From contig JAQGDQ010000419.1 of assembly GCA_030141605.1 (NCBI GenBank), positions 62,001-126,000 on the forward strand: 64,000 nt of DNA, given 5' to 3'. The notes under the pieces were generated by a model. The model had not been told where the DNA came from. It saw nothing but the letters and a program-made list of their open reading frames with translations, and searched no databases. The translations under genes and the position numbers were made by a program. Shown here one piece after another: positions 1-13,094 of the stretch. The stretch comes from Tubiluchus corallicola (Eukaryota > Animalia > Priapulida). The first letter of the stretch is position 1; each line of letters begins with the position of its first letter.

Positions 1-891
1 TCATTACTGCTATGCACACAGTGTGCAGTGTGTCAAGGAGGCCCGTCCCATTACTGCTATGCTCACAGTGTGCAGAGTGTGTCAAGGAGGCCCGTCCCAT
101 TACTGCTATGCACACAGTGTGCAGTGTGTCAAGGAGGCCCGTCCCATTACTGCTATGCTCACAGTGTGCAGAGTGTCAAGGGGGCCCGTCCCATTACTGC
201 TATGCTCACAGTGTGCAGTGTGTCAAGGAGGCCCATCTCATTACTGCTATGCACACAGTGTGCAGAGTGTCAAGGAGGCCCGTCCCATTACTGCTATTCT
301 CACAGTGTGCAGAGTGTCAAGGAGGCCCATCTCATTACTGCTATGCTCACAGTGTGCAGTGTGTCAAGGAGGCCCATCTCATTACTGCTATGCACACAGT
401 GTGCAGTGTGTCAAGGACCCCCCAACCACACACAACAACCCCCAACCACACACACACAAACCCCCCAACCACACACACACAAGAGGCCCGTCCCATTACT
501 GCTATGCTCACAGTGTGCAACAAAACCCCCCAACCACACACAACCAACCCCCAACCACCACACAAGTCAAGGGGGCCCGTCCCATTACTGCTATGCTCAC
601 AGTGTGCAGAGTGTCAACGGGGCCCGTCCCATTACTGCCATGCTCACAGTGTGCAGAGTGTCAAGGAGGTCCGTCCCATTACTGCCATGCACACAGTGTG
701 CAGTGCGTCAAGGAGGCCCATCCCATTATTGCTATGCTCACAGTGTGCAGAGTGTCAAGTAGGCCCGTCCCATTACTGCTATGCTCACAAAGTGCAGAGT
801 GTCAAGTAGGCCCGTCCCATTACTGCTATGCTCACAGTGTGCAGTGTCAAGTAGGCCCGTCCCATTTATGCTCACAGTGTGCAGAGTGTCA
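1..891. repeat. About 47-bp tandem minisatellite in a latrophilin intron (left end outside the window)
   Basis: Unit tcccattactgctatgctcacagtgtgcagagtgtcaaggaggcccg repeated, with two C/A-only interruptions near 417-481 and 520-565. Confidence 0.95.
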
Positions 892-2009
892 AATTGCATG
901 AAAAATGAATTTTTACAGAAGGCTTCTTGGGAAATTTGATCTCTCTGTAATGTCGAAGACGTTGATTCAAATTTCTCTGAAGCTGCGAAAAGTCCAATGT
1001 TTCCTGCTTATATTCACTCACACGAAATTAAAAATTAGACTTCATCACGTAGCTGTTCTGTTTATGAAGTTTGTTTTAAAAAAATCCGACCCACCTGGTT
1101 AGAATTCCACACAACGTTTTTTAAATTATGTTTACTGAAAGTTTTAATAAAACAAAAATGTGACTCTATTTGATTAAGCGCCTCAAACTGAAAACTAGGA
1201 ATAAACTGCAAGTGCACAATGTAGCATTAAAATTTACTTATTTTGACATACTTAATATAGCTGCTAACAGCTTTTTTGAACCATTAATGTGTTTGAAGAA
1301 ATTTCACGTGCAAGCATATTTTACATCCAGTAAAAGCCAGAATGGCAATCAAGAAACAGACCGATGTCCACTATCCTTGAACCTTGGACTAAGGCCACAC
1401 TTCACCACACCACTTTGAGGCTCTTACTCTAGGGCATAGGCATCTGCCCTGTAAATTTTGTGAGTCTAGCCCTCTGAGTTTGAATGGAAGAGAAAAGTAA
1501 AAAAGTGAAAAACTGAATACTTAACATAACGAAATGAAAAAATCAGCGCTCGGGATTCCGTAGTGCTCACAGAGGGATAAAAATGGATTTCACAAAAAGT
1601 TGTAAAATGACAAACAGCCTGATGAAATAATTTACTTATTAATTATTTACTTATAAAATTATTAAAATAATTTATTTACTAAATCATTAAAAAAATATTT
1701 AAACAGTGTGTATTTAAATATTTACACAAAAGTATGACAAATGTCAAATTTACGAAAACTACGATGACACAAAAGTATTTTTTGTAAGCCAATTAAGTAA
1801 AGAAATAAAATTAAATTGAAGCAACATGAAAAATAGATTTACCCTAACAAGTTTTAATATTTAAATATTTATATATATCATTAAGTACGCATATATTCTC
1901 AGTTTGGAATCAAATGTTGATGTACACCAAGTATGACTTTCACAAAAACAACAAAAATATTTTCAATAACAATTTCTTTACAGATCTAAATACGGTTCCA
2001 CTGCCTTAC

Positions 2010-5000
2010 CTCAGTAAAGGCTTCCCATTCATATATCTGTTCTTGCGGAGTAACACTGCTAATCTGTACCTCTGCACTGTCGATAGCGGTCACCATGGTC
2101 TTGGTCACCCCGATTAAATCACCGCCCACGTTGATCTGTGTCGTGGTGATCATGCTGATGTTTGTCATGACACGAGTTGCTGATGCACCGGAGTCAATCT
2201 GTAAACAAGTAAACGATAGATGAAAAATGTTCGAGAATAAACAACATGCAAATAAATATTAGAGAAAAAGAACACACAATTTGCAGATAATCAAACACCT
2301 GGTTCAACTCAAATCGCAGGAATGACAAATTGCAAAAAACTCTGAAACAGGCCGGAGGGTTTGGGGGCGACCTAGGCCCCAAATGGGATTGAAATTGCGT
2401 TTTTTGTGACCATAGAGAACCTCTAAGTGGACTTAAAATATCAGTTACCTTGTTTCATGCATAATTTAAAATACCCAACTATCAAGGATACATGATACCT
2501 AATTGTCTCAAAAACGCCTAAGTACTGGCTGCTCCTATGCAAAAGTATATAAAAACTGTCTGCAATTGACTCAAATAACTCCACACTACATTCTATATTT
2601 TTATACATAGAGATATACACATGGTTACACTGATGTACGTGATGTAAACAATGTGACGGCCTGCCAACTAGCGGTCAGCTTGTGAAATAATGTACTGGGT
2701 CCGTAAAAATTTTCTCAACGAATTTACGTGATTTACAAAAATGGCACTACTGGTCTTCCAAAAACTCGGAATTCCACGTATCTGCAAAAAATTGTCATTC
2801 CTGAAATTGGATTTTATTTTTGTTTAATCTTATTATAAGCAATGATGTTGTTTCTGGACAATCTACATAAGCTGGTTTGCACACTGCACCTATACACAGT
2901 AAAATGGGAAAAAGAAACCATTTAATAGTACTCAAAATTCTTTTAAATTTTAAAGTATGAATTACAAATTTGAAAAACCTTACCAATTTAATTTTCTTAA
3001 CTAGTTTGTAACAGGAGTGCTTTATGTTTAGCACGAATGGCAAACATTTAACGAGCAAGTTAGGTAAGCAAAACACTGAATACCTGTTTAGTTACTTCAT
3101 TAACCCAGGGAGAAACACAGTTGCTGAGATCTGGACTCTCGGAAGCCCATTCTCCATCAAAACCACACCTCCAAATGGCTTCACCTGTTCATAAATGCAG
3201 ACAAATTAATTACAAAATAAGTAGCTCTGGTCAATTATAATCAAGCTTAATCTTTTAGAAAGCTACCGTCCGTATTTCAGTCCTATTTAGTAACGAGCAA
3301 TGTCCGTATACTCTAACAGTACAATTACCTATGGTATTATGTGGGCATGGCATAGTGGCTTTAGCTCCTGCAGATGTCTCTGGCCATGTAATATCACGAG
3401 CTTTCTTACTTCTACAGAAATTACTCTGGGCAGTTGTTGTCACCTTGCTGGTAGATTCATGCTTAGCTGTTGTAGTCTTAACAGCAGCATTCGATGATGG
3501 CTGTACTGTTGAACTGCTGCTACTTTCAGCATGTGTTGTTGGTGTTGTTCTGGGCTTTGCTGTAATAGAAAATTGAAAAAACTGCAAAACTAGATTTCAG
3601 ACATCCGTTTGTCGAATTACTGAACTAGTGAGTTATTAATTTTTTTATCAATCAAAATTCTTTTTCACGGCGGAATAACATTATATACTAGCCTGCAGGA
3701 ATGTTACACAAACTGAATTTACAAACCGAAACCAAAACCGAAAGTGCAATTATTGCCAAACCGAACAGAAACTTTCATTTCGGTAACATCCTTGCTAGTG
3801 CGCACAGCATCAATTTTCAAGATACAATTATAAAATTTACAGCAACAAAAGTTGCAAAACAAATAAATTAAAATTAGAATTGATGATGAACAAAGTAAAA
3901 AGAAATTAATAAGTCACAATTAATGATTTGATTTGAAGTCACTATTTCTAAAAGTTCAGTACTTGTTGATCTCGTAGTTGGCGTAGATGAGGTTGAGCTC
4001 TTTGTAGTGGTGCTCGTCGTCATTGTTGTTAAAACAGAATCTGAAAGTACCGTTTAGTACAATGAAACAAGTTTTGCAACTCAGCAAAAATAGCTGTAAG
4101 AACTGAAATGTCAACACATCACACACAATGAGCTTTTTCACAGTTCCAGCAATTGATGATGATCGTGAAAAGATGAAAGGTTAAATGTATCCGACAATGC
4201 ATTTGTGCACACTTGACAATGCCTCGCAGCCCATGCTGCTGTAACAGTCACAGTTTTAAGAGCTAGCTAGAACTTTACCTAGTTTGTTTTTTTCTTCCAA
4301 GTGAGTTTCTACTAGTAAATCACTCTATTCACAGATTAATGTATAATTAACTAAAGTCCACGCAAAACATCTGATGTTATTAAACTGACGCGGCACACAG
4401 CTTTGCTTTACCCACACCCCACGTGACGGTTGTAATTAACAAGTGTTGCTGTGGTATCCTTAACCTTTGACTGCAACTACACGTGCGGACAACAACACTG
4501 TGAAAACGCATATTTAGAATTTACATTGAAATTAAGTTTAAAATTTGGCTAAGCACACATTTCCTACAGCACACCACACAAGCTTATCTTTACACTTGAA
4601 AAACCAAGATATTTTTGTTAGTTAGAATCAGTTGCTACACTTCACGATAGCAGCGAACCCTAGACCTGGGTAATCTTACTGATATAATGTAAATTAATTA
4701 ATTTAAAGCATGCAGGTTATGAAATTCTTACTCCAGATTGAATTTCAAGTTTCTAAATTGTCCATTATGCGATGTGTGAATAACTGAGTGGAGTGCTTGG
4801 TGATCAAAGTTAAACAACACCACGCCTAGTCAGTAAGTGGATGACAGATCACATGCAAAACTGCCTCTGGATAGCAGCATTTGTCCTACTAACAATTCTA
4901 CCATGTTGAAGGAAGTAAAAATGTGAAGGAAGCAAAAAAATTTAAAGGCACCTCCGCAGTTCAGTATTACACCTTAAAAGAAATCAGGATCCAATCTTTA

Positions 5001-8000
5001 ACTAGAGCTTAAAACAATCTACTGAGTATACTCTATAAAAATATTAAAAGGAAACACACTATTATAGAATAGCCTACACCCAGAAGAATTATTATCACAA
5101 AAACATGTTGGATTTTGCCATTCTCTAGGCAAACTTCTTGCACAAAATACAGGCATTGAACTTCTCATATCAAAGGTGTTCAGTTGAAATGTAGTACACA
5201 CGTTTGAAAGCCTGTTCGTAAGCATAGTTGTAAACTTGAATTTTGAATGTTTATCTTAACATTTGCTGAGTTTTGTGTATCACACTGAACGTTGTATGTA
5301 GCACTGTACTTCAATTTTCATTTTCACAAACACGTGCACCGAAACATCATGGAATGTATGAGTTGTTCAAAATTATGTTCAGCTCTGATGTCAGGATTAT
5401 TTGGACTTACCAGCCGTTAATTATACATGTACTTTTACTCTACTCTTTAGCGTATTATTATAAGTGTTAAACTTATTCTCCGTACTTCAAAATGGAGTAG
5501 GATATGAGCAACCATCCCGTTCCTTTAAGAAGATTATCATTAATTATGTGTTAGACTCAGGCTTTGCCACAACACTGACAAAAATCCACATTAAAGTAGC
5601 TCATGCTGTTGAATACTAAAACCCATCTTGTTGCACTGAGGGCTCAGCGTTGTTCAAATTGTATACGACATACAATAACCTGTATTTCAACGATCTGTCT
5701 CTTATGATAAATGAAACTAACATAATTACGTAAAGCAGAAATGTAATAAAATACTGAGGTAAATGGTTATGTAAAAACTTCGATTACCTGGGTAACAATT
5801 GTAATGAACTTCCAGGTATTTTGGAGTCGTCGGACACTGGTCACCAAATACTTCACTGCTAGCTTGAATTGCGCAACTTCGTTTATTTTTACACCTGCAA
5901 ATCCATATTAAGCAAACACTGAACAAGGTATTATGGTCCACATATTTGCACATTAGGCCTATAACAAATCAATTAAATTCTGTATAAAAACTGGAAAGCA
6001 CGATCATTGTTTTGCTCCTTTGTAATTTTCTTTTATGTTACCATTAATACCTGCAGACAAGATCGGATTATGACCTTTTGGGGCCCCCGGGCTAATGAAA
6101 TTATTTGACCATATCAGATGGATCCCCCGGGCTAATGAAATTATTTGACCATATCAGATGGATCCCCCCTCTAACTCGGCCACAAGATGAGCAAGACGAT
6201 AAACAAACCTGGACTGAGGCTCCATAGTTCACAAATAGGGCTCAAAACTGGGGCCCTTTATTTCAAATAAATGGCTTCAGAAACCCAGACTCTTATCTCA
6301 AATAAGGGGTCACAAATAGGGGTCAGTTTTAAAAGTGGGTTTTCGAACTGCTTTTTAAAGTTGAAAATTTTTTAGTTTAATTAATTATTCGGGAACACAA
6401 AATATTAGAATTCAAGTCATTTTTTCTAAAAAAAAAGAAAATCTTTCAGCAAGGCCCTGAACTTTGGGGTTGCAGCCTTCCTATAGGACAATCCAGCCCC
6501 GCCTACAGAATGGTAAAGTACTGAGAGCTTTTTTATAATTGTATTTGAAGAAGAAACAGTTGAATTGCATATTTTTGTACTGCATATGTACAATATATAC
6601 ATTTCTTTCGACAAATTTAACTCAGACCAGTTCACAGGCCTAGTAATGCCACTGATGGCAATTTAGGAACATCAGAATGCAAAGTTCAGTGTACTAATCA
6701 AAATTACAAAGTTATGATTTTGAAAGAAATACAAATCCAGAATGCAAAGTTCAGTGTACTAATCAAAATTGCTAAGTTATGATTTCGAAAGAAAGTTAAA
6801 TCCTGATTTAAATGTGGAAGTTTCTAGCAAAGGTTGAAAGGGGCGATGCTGTGAAAAATTTACGAGCATCTTTCCTACATAAATTAATCCAATAAATTTC
6901 CACCCACGTGATTTTAACGAGTTTTTGCAATGGTGGCTGGTTTTAGTGTTCACACAGTGTTTACGCAATTCGCAGCTCATCGAAAAAGCAAACGCTTGAA
7001 AAACTAGGACAACAACTGAAACAAACAACACGAATAGTAAAGTACTAATGAAACAAAGAAGAATAGTAAAGTGCACGGGGTTAAAAAGCAAACACCGCGT
7101 AAACATGCATGAAACGGATTTTCAAAATATTAATGTCGACAGCCGCGCCATGAAAGAAAGCTGCATTTTGCAGACGCTCCAGGCATCACAGATCGATAAG
7201 CAATACAAGAGCACGGGCTGTAGAATATTTCAATAACAATAGTAACTCAAGGCGTACAGATGTTTCTCGACAAGCAACGATTCATTTTATTGTTGCATTT
7301 GAAATAGTACAGTGTGCGACAGAATGCAGCAGTCATACCACAATCCTGGTACAGATTAGGCAAAACAAGGCATCATTTATAAATCTTTAGAGCTGATGTC
7401 AACATAGCGCAATCTATTATCTTTCTTCCTACCATTTCCACTAACACATCCTTCTACCCTTCCTGTGTCATCTAACCTTTCTCCCAGTTCTTTTTTTGTT
7501 CACTTATCCATTCTTTTTTATCTTGTTCACATGACAGTGGGCTTATACAAGCCTTTGCTTCTCTAGCCCACTGCAGTACAATTATTCTTTTATGATAACG
7601 ATAGTGTATGAAACATAATAATTTATTACAGTATGACGTAATAATTTCGATGTCACTGTGTGCTTTATATTGTACTGAATGTGATAGTAATAATAAATAA
7701 AAAATAATAAAAAGAACTTTGAAATACATTTCAGTTTTGTACTACGTTACAGTAGAGTCCAGGTAATAAAGTCACAGGTAAAAAAGTCAGGAAAAAATAA
7801 AACAGGAAATAAGAAAGAACCCTAACCTTAAGATATTGAACAAAATGTGATTTTTTTCACGTACGTGTAACACCACTGTAAAAATGTATATAAATAGTGT
7901 TACCACGTTATGCATTGCCAGTTAATAACTGATTTAAAAATTTTCTGTTCTATTACTTTAATTGCTTATGATATTTAAATAAACTGTGACTGACGTCTTG

Positions 8001-10581
8001 AAAATGCGATGCGAGAATAATATTTCAAATCTTGTCATTGGGGTTTTACTTACTTCCGATATCATCACAGCTTAAAATAACTATTATACTTATTTGTTAT
8101 AATGCGTAAGCCAGCGTATCAAATCTAATAAGGCTGCTAAAAGTGTATGCAGGAGGGCACACTAATGAATATAGGAGAGTTTGGTACAACGAAGCTTGGT
8201 AGCGGCAAGTATGGTACAGGTAATTTGCTACTATGATCTTCATCTATAAAGAATTTTTAGTACTAGGAAAATCTATTGTAGGGAATGTTTGGTGGAAGGA
8301 AAATATGGCACAAGGGATGTTTAGTTTTAAAAAAGTGTATCAAACTTTCCAATACTAAACTTTTCCCATACTAAACTTTCATAGCACTAAATCGCTTACA
8401 TGCCATTTTGAACTTACAAGTACCAGATTTACTTGCAGCAAAAATGCTTGACAAAACTTCGTCAGTATTGCATTTACCAGTACCATATTTTCTCTGTACC
8501 CAATTTTCCATGTGCCAACATTTCCCAGTACCAAAAATTCCTAGTAGCAAAATTTCCTTCGTATCAAAATTACCAGGTCCAAATGTACCAAACTTAGTAG
8601 TGCCAAACCATTTATTATGCACCACTGGCCACAGTCAGAAATGCCACCAGAAACAGACGAATGAAGATTTTAGGCCTCTCACCTTTCAGCAACAATAATT
8701 CTGGCATTCCGTGAGACGCAAGACAGACTCCAGTCTCCAGTTACTCCATCCGGATTGCACAGTTTGACACTGAACCGTCCAAAATTTGCCCGGATGATGC
8801 GGATGAGGTTTGAATCCGGACAGGAGATTTCCAGAAAGTCATTCTCACAGGCGTAGGCTGTGAAGAATTGAGGTTTTATAGCAGGGCGCCCTAGACCACC
8901 TCCTGACGATTCTCTGGAAGCTGCGACGGCTGCAGGAGCATAGGCTACAGCGTCAGAGCCTGAGAAAAGAACAAGAGTTTTGAATTAGGTTATAGAATGA
9001 GTACATTATAAAAATGTGTTGAGCTACAGTTGCTAATATCAGCAAAATGTGTACTCTTTGACATAGCGACCTCATTAACTTTACATCATTGTCTGGAGTT
9101 TGAAAGTCAGCATGATATCTTGTTCTTGCGAGAAAGTACAATTTTACCTGAGAAATGTATCTAGCATAACGGGAATCTAAATCAACGTCAAGACTAAAAG
9201 TCAAAAGTCACAACTTTCAAGACTAAGATCGACACCGATGACGAAATTAAAAAGACATTAATAATACTATCAGATAAGTTGTACATAAGCTTACATTGCA
9301 ATGAATATGAACTTTTTAGACAGCTAAAGTTTAAGTTTAAATTTGTTTCTTTTCTCTAGTGCACAATCTATATCTATTTGCTCTAGCAAGCTTTACAATG
9401 GTTACAATTTTAACATCACATACCACCATGGTTACAATAAGTTTACGTATATATAAAATTATAAAATGTCTATAGTGGGCCCAAAATACATCAAGAAAAA
9501 CATTAAATTCATTAAACGTAAAATGTCAAAAGTGAATAATTCGACAGAATGATAATTTGGACCAGTAGTCAAAGGTATCTGAGAAATGCTAGATCAGAAG
9601 ATTGATCAAAGTGGTCACTTATCCAATAATCAAACAAGTTCACCTGTGCAAGTTAATCACCTAACATTTGAAACAGACATTTCAGGCACGTAAATAGCAA
9701 CTGGCAAGCAAATGCATTTAATTAGCATCTCTTGTTTCAGTAGTCACAGTAGAACCATAAACCAAGACGACCCGTTAATGACATTGTAAATTAGCTCAAA
9801 TTCTCTGGTTCAATACAGCCCAAGGACCGCATGGCACAAATTACGGACGTTTATCTCTCTACAGATATTCTGAAACAATGAGTCGTGGACTGGTCGTTAC
9901 GTAACACGAAGTTGCTTCAAGTCGGTGACCTGAGACATGACAATGGAAGGATTCTCTACTGATAGCGTGGCAAAATCCTTGGATAATCAATACGCGGATA
10001 TGCAGCAATTGCAATCGATTTCATGGCCGCCCTAGACATTATTGACACAGCGAGATGCACTGCGATGATTCAACGAGATCTGTTTGCTAGAGCTAAGAGC
10101 CGCAAAGGGGAAATGAATTCAAGTGCGCGTACACGCATTTCAAACAAAACACCCGCGCTGAAGTACATGGAAAATATAATCTACTGTACAGTACCATAAC
10201 GTAAATATACATATGTGACTTACGACCACAATATTTACAGTAAAGTATATACTATACTCTATGCATCAGCAGAAACGAACACAGGCCTATATATTTAGGC
10301 ATCCCATATGTTGAGGTGCTTATGCACAAGTTTGTATTTTCTTTCAGAAATAAGGTTTTTAACACTTCTAACTTGCACATTAAAATCTGTTTTACAGGGT
10401 GACGCTTATATTAATTCTACTCTGCATGCGAAATGGAGGTCAATTCTGTTCCATGGACCTAACGATTTTATTACTTGAATTTATGGATTCTGATTAATAA
10501 GTTTATAGATTATGTATTAATAAATTGTGTATTAAGAGATAATCATGTAAATGTAATTATAGTCCTATAATAGTTGACTTG

Positions 10582-10612
<31 letters not shown>

Positions 10613-13094
10613 TTGTGTGCAATTAATTTAATCTTTATTTTCAGAAATTAGATTTTGCTTAAGGCTACTTTAATTTCACGGATTTTATATATTGTATTTT
10701 TGTATAGACTTTCTTGTCTGAAATAGAATTATAAATAATCAAAAATCCAAATCGCTAACCAAGTTTCGCTAGACAACAATTTATGTAACACGTGCACTGA
10801 AAAATTCCCGTAAAATTGTCTAGTAAATTACTTGTTAGGCGAGAAACAGTTGAAAGCCATGAAAAGCATTAATAAAGAAGCAGAGCTTACACGGGCACTA
10901 TACAACCACAATGTAGCATAAATTTCACATCAAATAAAGTAAAATGCAACGTAATTTGCAAATGCAAAGATGTGTAACTCGAATACTCGTACACGTGTGA
11001 GCCTACTTCACTCTTTAAAAGTGATGGCATTACATAAAAGAAGTTATGCAGTTGGGCCATCAAATAATGACAAACATCTAAATTTAGACAAATTCCGATT
11101 CTGTGTTTTTAACAGTGGCGACAACCATGACAGACAGCGCTGTAATTTACTTCATTTTCATTATCATCTCTTTTTCACATCAACGGTCAACCGTTTGCCT
11201 CTTCCCACTGCATGCGCCAATGATTTTACAAGCCGCAACTTGACTTTACGACCCTAGCACACTTTTACCATTTTTCCATACTGCTACATCGGTTTATATT
11301 TTGGGTGGGGAGATTCGTGAAAATTTCCCATAATTATGTTTGACTAATATCGAGATGTTTAATAATTAATTTAGCCTTTATTTGATGAGCAATCATTTTA
11401 TAATTACGCAATAATCCCTGCTTTGTGAGCCGCCCACTTATTATGGAAATTTATGTCAACGTTAAATAGATGGTTTGCTAATATTTTAGCGAGCAACACT
11501 CAAATAACTCACAAAGCCGTGTAAAATTCCCAGTCTCTGAGATGAGTCATGGCTGTTTCTAGGAAATGACACTATTTAAAGACTGAGCGACAATAATGTC
11601 AGAGCTATGCAGGTGCGCAAAAACATGACAGTGAAATCATCTCTTCTCGCGGAACGGAATCCGGTTCTACTCCAAACAACCTCTTCTAAAATCGCCTTGG
11701 AAAAACAGATCGGGAGAAAAACCAATGGAAATGTTAATTTCGACAAATATGGTTTGTTTTAATTAGCAAGTAAACCCCCGCCCTCGCAATGACGTACGCG
11801 AAACGCTAGTAACACCCAGGTAATGTGTTCAAAAGTAGCCTCGTGCCTTGTACAATTGTCCCCTAGTGCACTCCATTCATCGTGGCATTGTCAAGAAAAA
11901 CGGGTCAGCGATTTCAAGCGTCTACAGAAATAGAAAGCGGGGCCGACATCTAGCACAAGCAAATACCAAAGTTATACATTGAGTTAGAGGTGAAACCTTG
12001 TTAACTAATTAAGAGCTTTGAAATAATCAGGTGAAGGAGGACAGAGCTACTGTATTATTTACTTCTTGTTGCATGACAAGCTGAACGTGACAAGGCTTTA
12101 AGTACGTGTATAATCAATAAATTACTAAATAAATTAATCTTTCTGTAACATCCATACTACACGAGAATAGAAAGCTATACCCTTTGCCTCCGAATATACA
12201 TGTAACTGACAACGTAAAATTATGTAAAACACTAAAAGGAGCTCGAAAGTTCAGCCTCTTTTGCCAGTGGACTGCATAATTTTGCATAACTGGTTTCGTT
12301 ATTTTTACGATTACAACAGAAGAAGTTGAATAACATGAATTAATTCTTGCTAAAAATTCTATATCCTGTACTTAAAACAGCAAAATTGTACAGTATAACT
12401 AAGATGATTTGTATCACTGAAGCAAGCAAGTTCAACGAACATTTTTTAACTTATATATATATATATATATATATATAAATTCTTTATTTGTCATTAAAAT
12501 GGTTCACTCATTATAATAAAATTGAGTAATCCTCAGCGTACTGTTAAAATAACAACACTGTTCAAGACAAATGCGTCCAGTGCAGACTAAAAAAAACTAA
12601 AGTGTAAAACTAAGGCCTAATTATATACAATAAATGAACATATTTACAAACACAATATTAAAATATTTTTACAAAACAATATTACAAAAAAACATTAAAT
12701 TTTACAAGACATATTTTACACTATATATACATTTAACATGACACAATTCACAGAAACATGTTTTACATTACATAAATTTTTTTTTAATTTTACATTTTTA
12801 ATCGTTTTATGGAGTTAGGGGCGGGGGTAGATGAAAATCAAGGAAATTTGAGACATGTCTTACTAAAACGCAGAACTGCCTATAACAAAGGCAACGAAAC
12901 CAATCTCCGTAATTATGTTCTATAATTTAATATATAAAAATGGGGTCGCAAAGGTGATAACAATAAGTACTCAAATTAACGAATAAAATTAATTAGTTAT
13001 ACAAAGTTAACCACATACCAGATTCAGTAATAGGTACAGCACACATAAGAGAACATAAAACCAGCAACAACATCGTCGTGGTCATCAGCAACAT
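2010..13094 (-). CDS. Cirl: Latrophilin/Cirl-like adhesion GPCR (ADGRL family), N-terminal part; gene continues beyond the left edge
   Basis: Exons in transcription order: 13094-13019, 8959-8683, 5894-5788, 4040-3963, 3559-3329, 3184-3084, 2198-2010. All are GT-AG and phase-consistent (353 codons). Translation gives a signal peptide (MLLMTTTMLLLVLCSLMCAVPITES), a rhamnose-binding/SUEL lectin domain (YACENDFLEISC...RANFGRFSVKLCN...RCKNKRSCAIQASSEVFGDQCPTTPKYLEVHYNC), a Ser/Thr stalk, a hormone-receptor motif (ITWPETSAG...PCP...WRC...W..PDLSNC) and the probable start of GAIN. There is no olfactomedin domain, as in invertebrate latrophilins. Confidence 0.85.
2317..2803. mobile_element. Non-autonomous TIR element (MITE, hAT-like), same family as 39421-39742 and 40252-40760
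   Basis: TIR caggaatgacaa...ttgtcattcctg. The interior is the close reverse complement of 40252-40760. Flanks aaatcg/aaattg. Confidence 0.8.
3696..3794. mobile_element. Tiny degenerate MITE
   Basis: caggaatgttac...gtaacatccttg imperfect TIRs with internal aaaccg repeats; no clean TSD. Confidence 0.4.
3963..4040 (-). CDS. Cirl: Latrophilin Ser/Thr-rich 78-nt symmetric exon
   Basis: tactttcag|DSVLTTMTTSTTTKSSTSSTPTTRST|gtactg. Phase 1-1 and composition match the adjoining mucin-like stalk. Confidence 0.7.
6058..6501. mobile_element. hAT-like MITE with an internal 40-bp tandem duplication
   Basis: Degenerate CAGGGCCGGATT-type TIRs (caagatcggatt...aatccagccccg), 8-bp TSD cctgcaga/cctacaga, duplicated cccccgggctaatgaaattatttgaccatatcagatggat at about 6084-6168. 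Confidence 0.7.
6673..6795. repeat. About 65-bp direct duplication
   Basis: cagaatgcaaagttcagtgtactaatcaaaatt..aagttatgattt.gaaagaaa occurs twice in tandem. Confidence 0.8.
8153..8625. mobile_element. Degenerate foldback element/MITE with about 15-bp subterminal repeats
   Basis: Left arm rich in ggtac/ggaaaa motifs, right arm rich in the complementary gtacc/tttcc motifs; ends not exactly definable. Confidence 0.4.
8683..8959 (-). CDS. Cirl: Latrophilin exon encoding the first half of the rhamnose-binding lectin domain
   Basis: ttttctcag|...TAYACENDFLEISCPDSNLIRIIRANFGRFSVKLCNPDGVTGDWSLSC...|gtgaga. Confidence 0.9.
13019..13094 (-). CDS. Cirl: Latrophilin first coding exon (signal peptide)
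   Basis: Acceptor ttttttgacag before 13104, ATG at 13094, hydrophobic 25-aa leader, donor G|gtatgt. Phase 1 matches the next exon. Too short for the ORF track. Confidence 0.75.

Noticed and set aside
417-565. C/A-only interruptions in the 47-bp array as spacers or inserts
   Set aside because: Two-letter low complexity replacing about one unit each; more likely sequencing or consensus noise, or slippage. Raw reads are needed to decide.
16-880. CACAGTG repeats as RAG recombination signal sequences
   Set aside because: No ACAAAAACC nonamer at 12- or 23-bp spacing and no V/J-like segments.
12-901. Long Cys/His-rich ORFs in all three plus frames
   Set aside because: They are translations of the 47-bp tandem repeat, which cycles the same peptides through every frame, antisense within an intron.
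876-982. Possible minus-strand exon (LQRNLNQRLRHYREIKF...) ending at the first repeat's GTGAGC
   Set aside because: Open and bounded by AG/GT, but the peptide does not resemble the GAIN sequence expected next; unsupported without transcripts.
4454-4463. GTATCCTT / U12-type splice signals (also near 35083 and 39574)
   Set aside because: Not at any exon boundary; all modelled introns are ordinary GT-AG and two of the hits lie inside MITEs.
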